A stretch of DNA of 64,000 nt from Pavona decussata (Eukaryota). A program made the translations under genes and the position numbers. Location of the stretch: positions 682,001 to 746,000 of the forward strand of contig CDRNST010000338.1 of the NCBI GenBank assembly GCA_977016875.1, written 5' to 3'. The notes beneath the pieces were generated by a model. The model was not told the DNA's origin and made no database searches. It worked only from the letters and a program-made list of their open reading frames with translations. This document shows positions 63,994 through 64,000 of this stretch, in pieces; position 1 is the stretch's first letter; each line of letters opens with the position of its first letter.

Positions 63994-64000
63994 AGCTTTA

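Larger units (their letters stand above)
58817..64000 (-). mobile_element. Large Zator-like DNA transposon, running off the right edge
   Basis: Terminus TTA|gggaccg followed by G-runs; minus-strand transposase relic 61186->63993. Confidence 0.65.

Overview
Repeat-dense eukaryotic DNA with spliceosomal introns and five N gaps. The repeat repertoire suggests a cnidarian, probably a stony coral (inference). One host gene is supported. It lies on the minus strand: a signal-peptide exon (22083-22138), then at least six symmetric phase-1 LDL-receptor class A (LDLa) exons built by tandem duplication, plus three decayed half-exons. It runs off the left edge. The rest is mostly nested transposons: an apparently intact, intron-containing Crypton (tyrosine recombinase, 436 aa) with relic and non-autonomous relatives; an ISL2EU element with both ends (THAP-DDE plus SWIM/YqaJ) and its MITEs; two Zator-like DDE relics; a near-intact L2/CR1 LINE with a 2A (StopGo) motif; L1/Tx1, CRE and R4/Dong LINE fragments; Gypsy relics; a solo LTR; SINEs; and a triplicated segment. 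The strongest novel signal is in the long 3' hairpins of four Crypton-related families. They share little internal sequence but keep TC-vs-GA mismatches at matching stem positions, and the intact copy has a bottom-strand C(GAA)G triloop. This suggests a strand-specific folded single-stranded-DNA substrate, reminiscent of integron attC sites.
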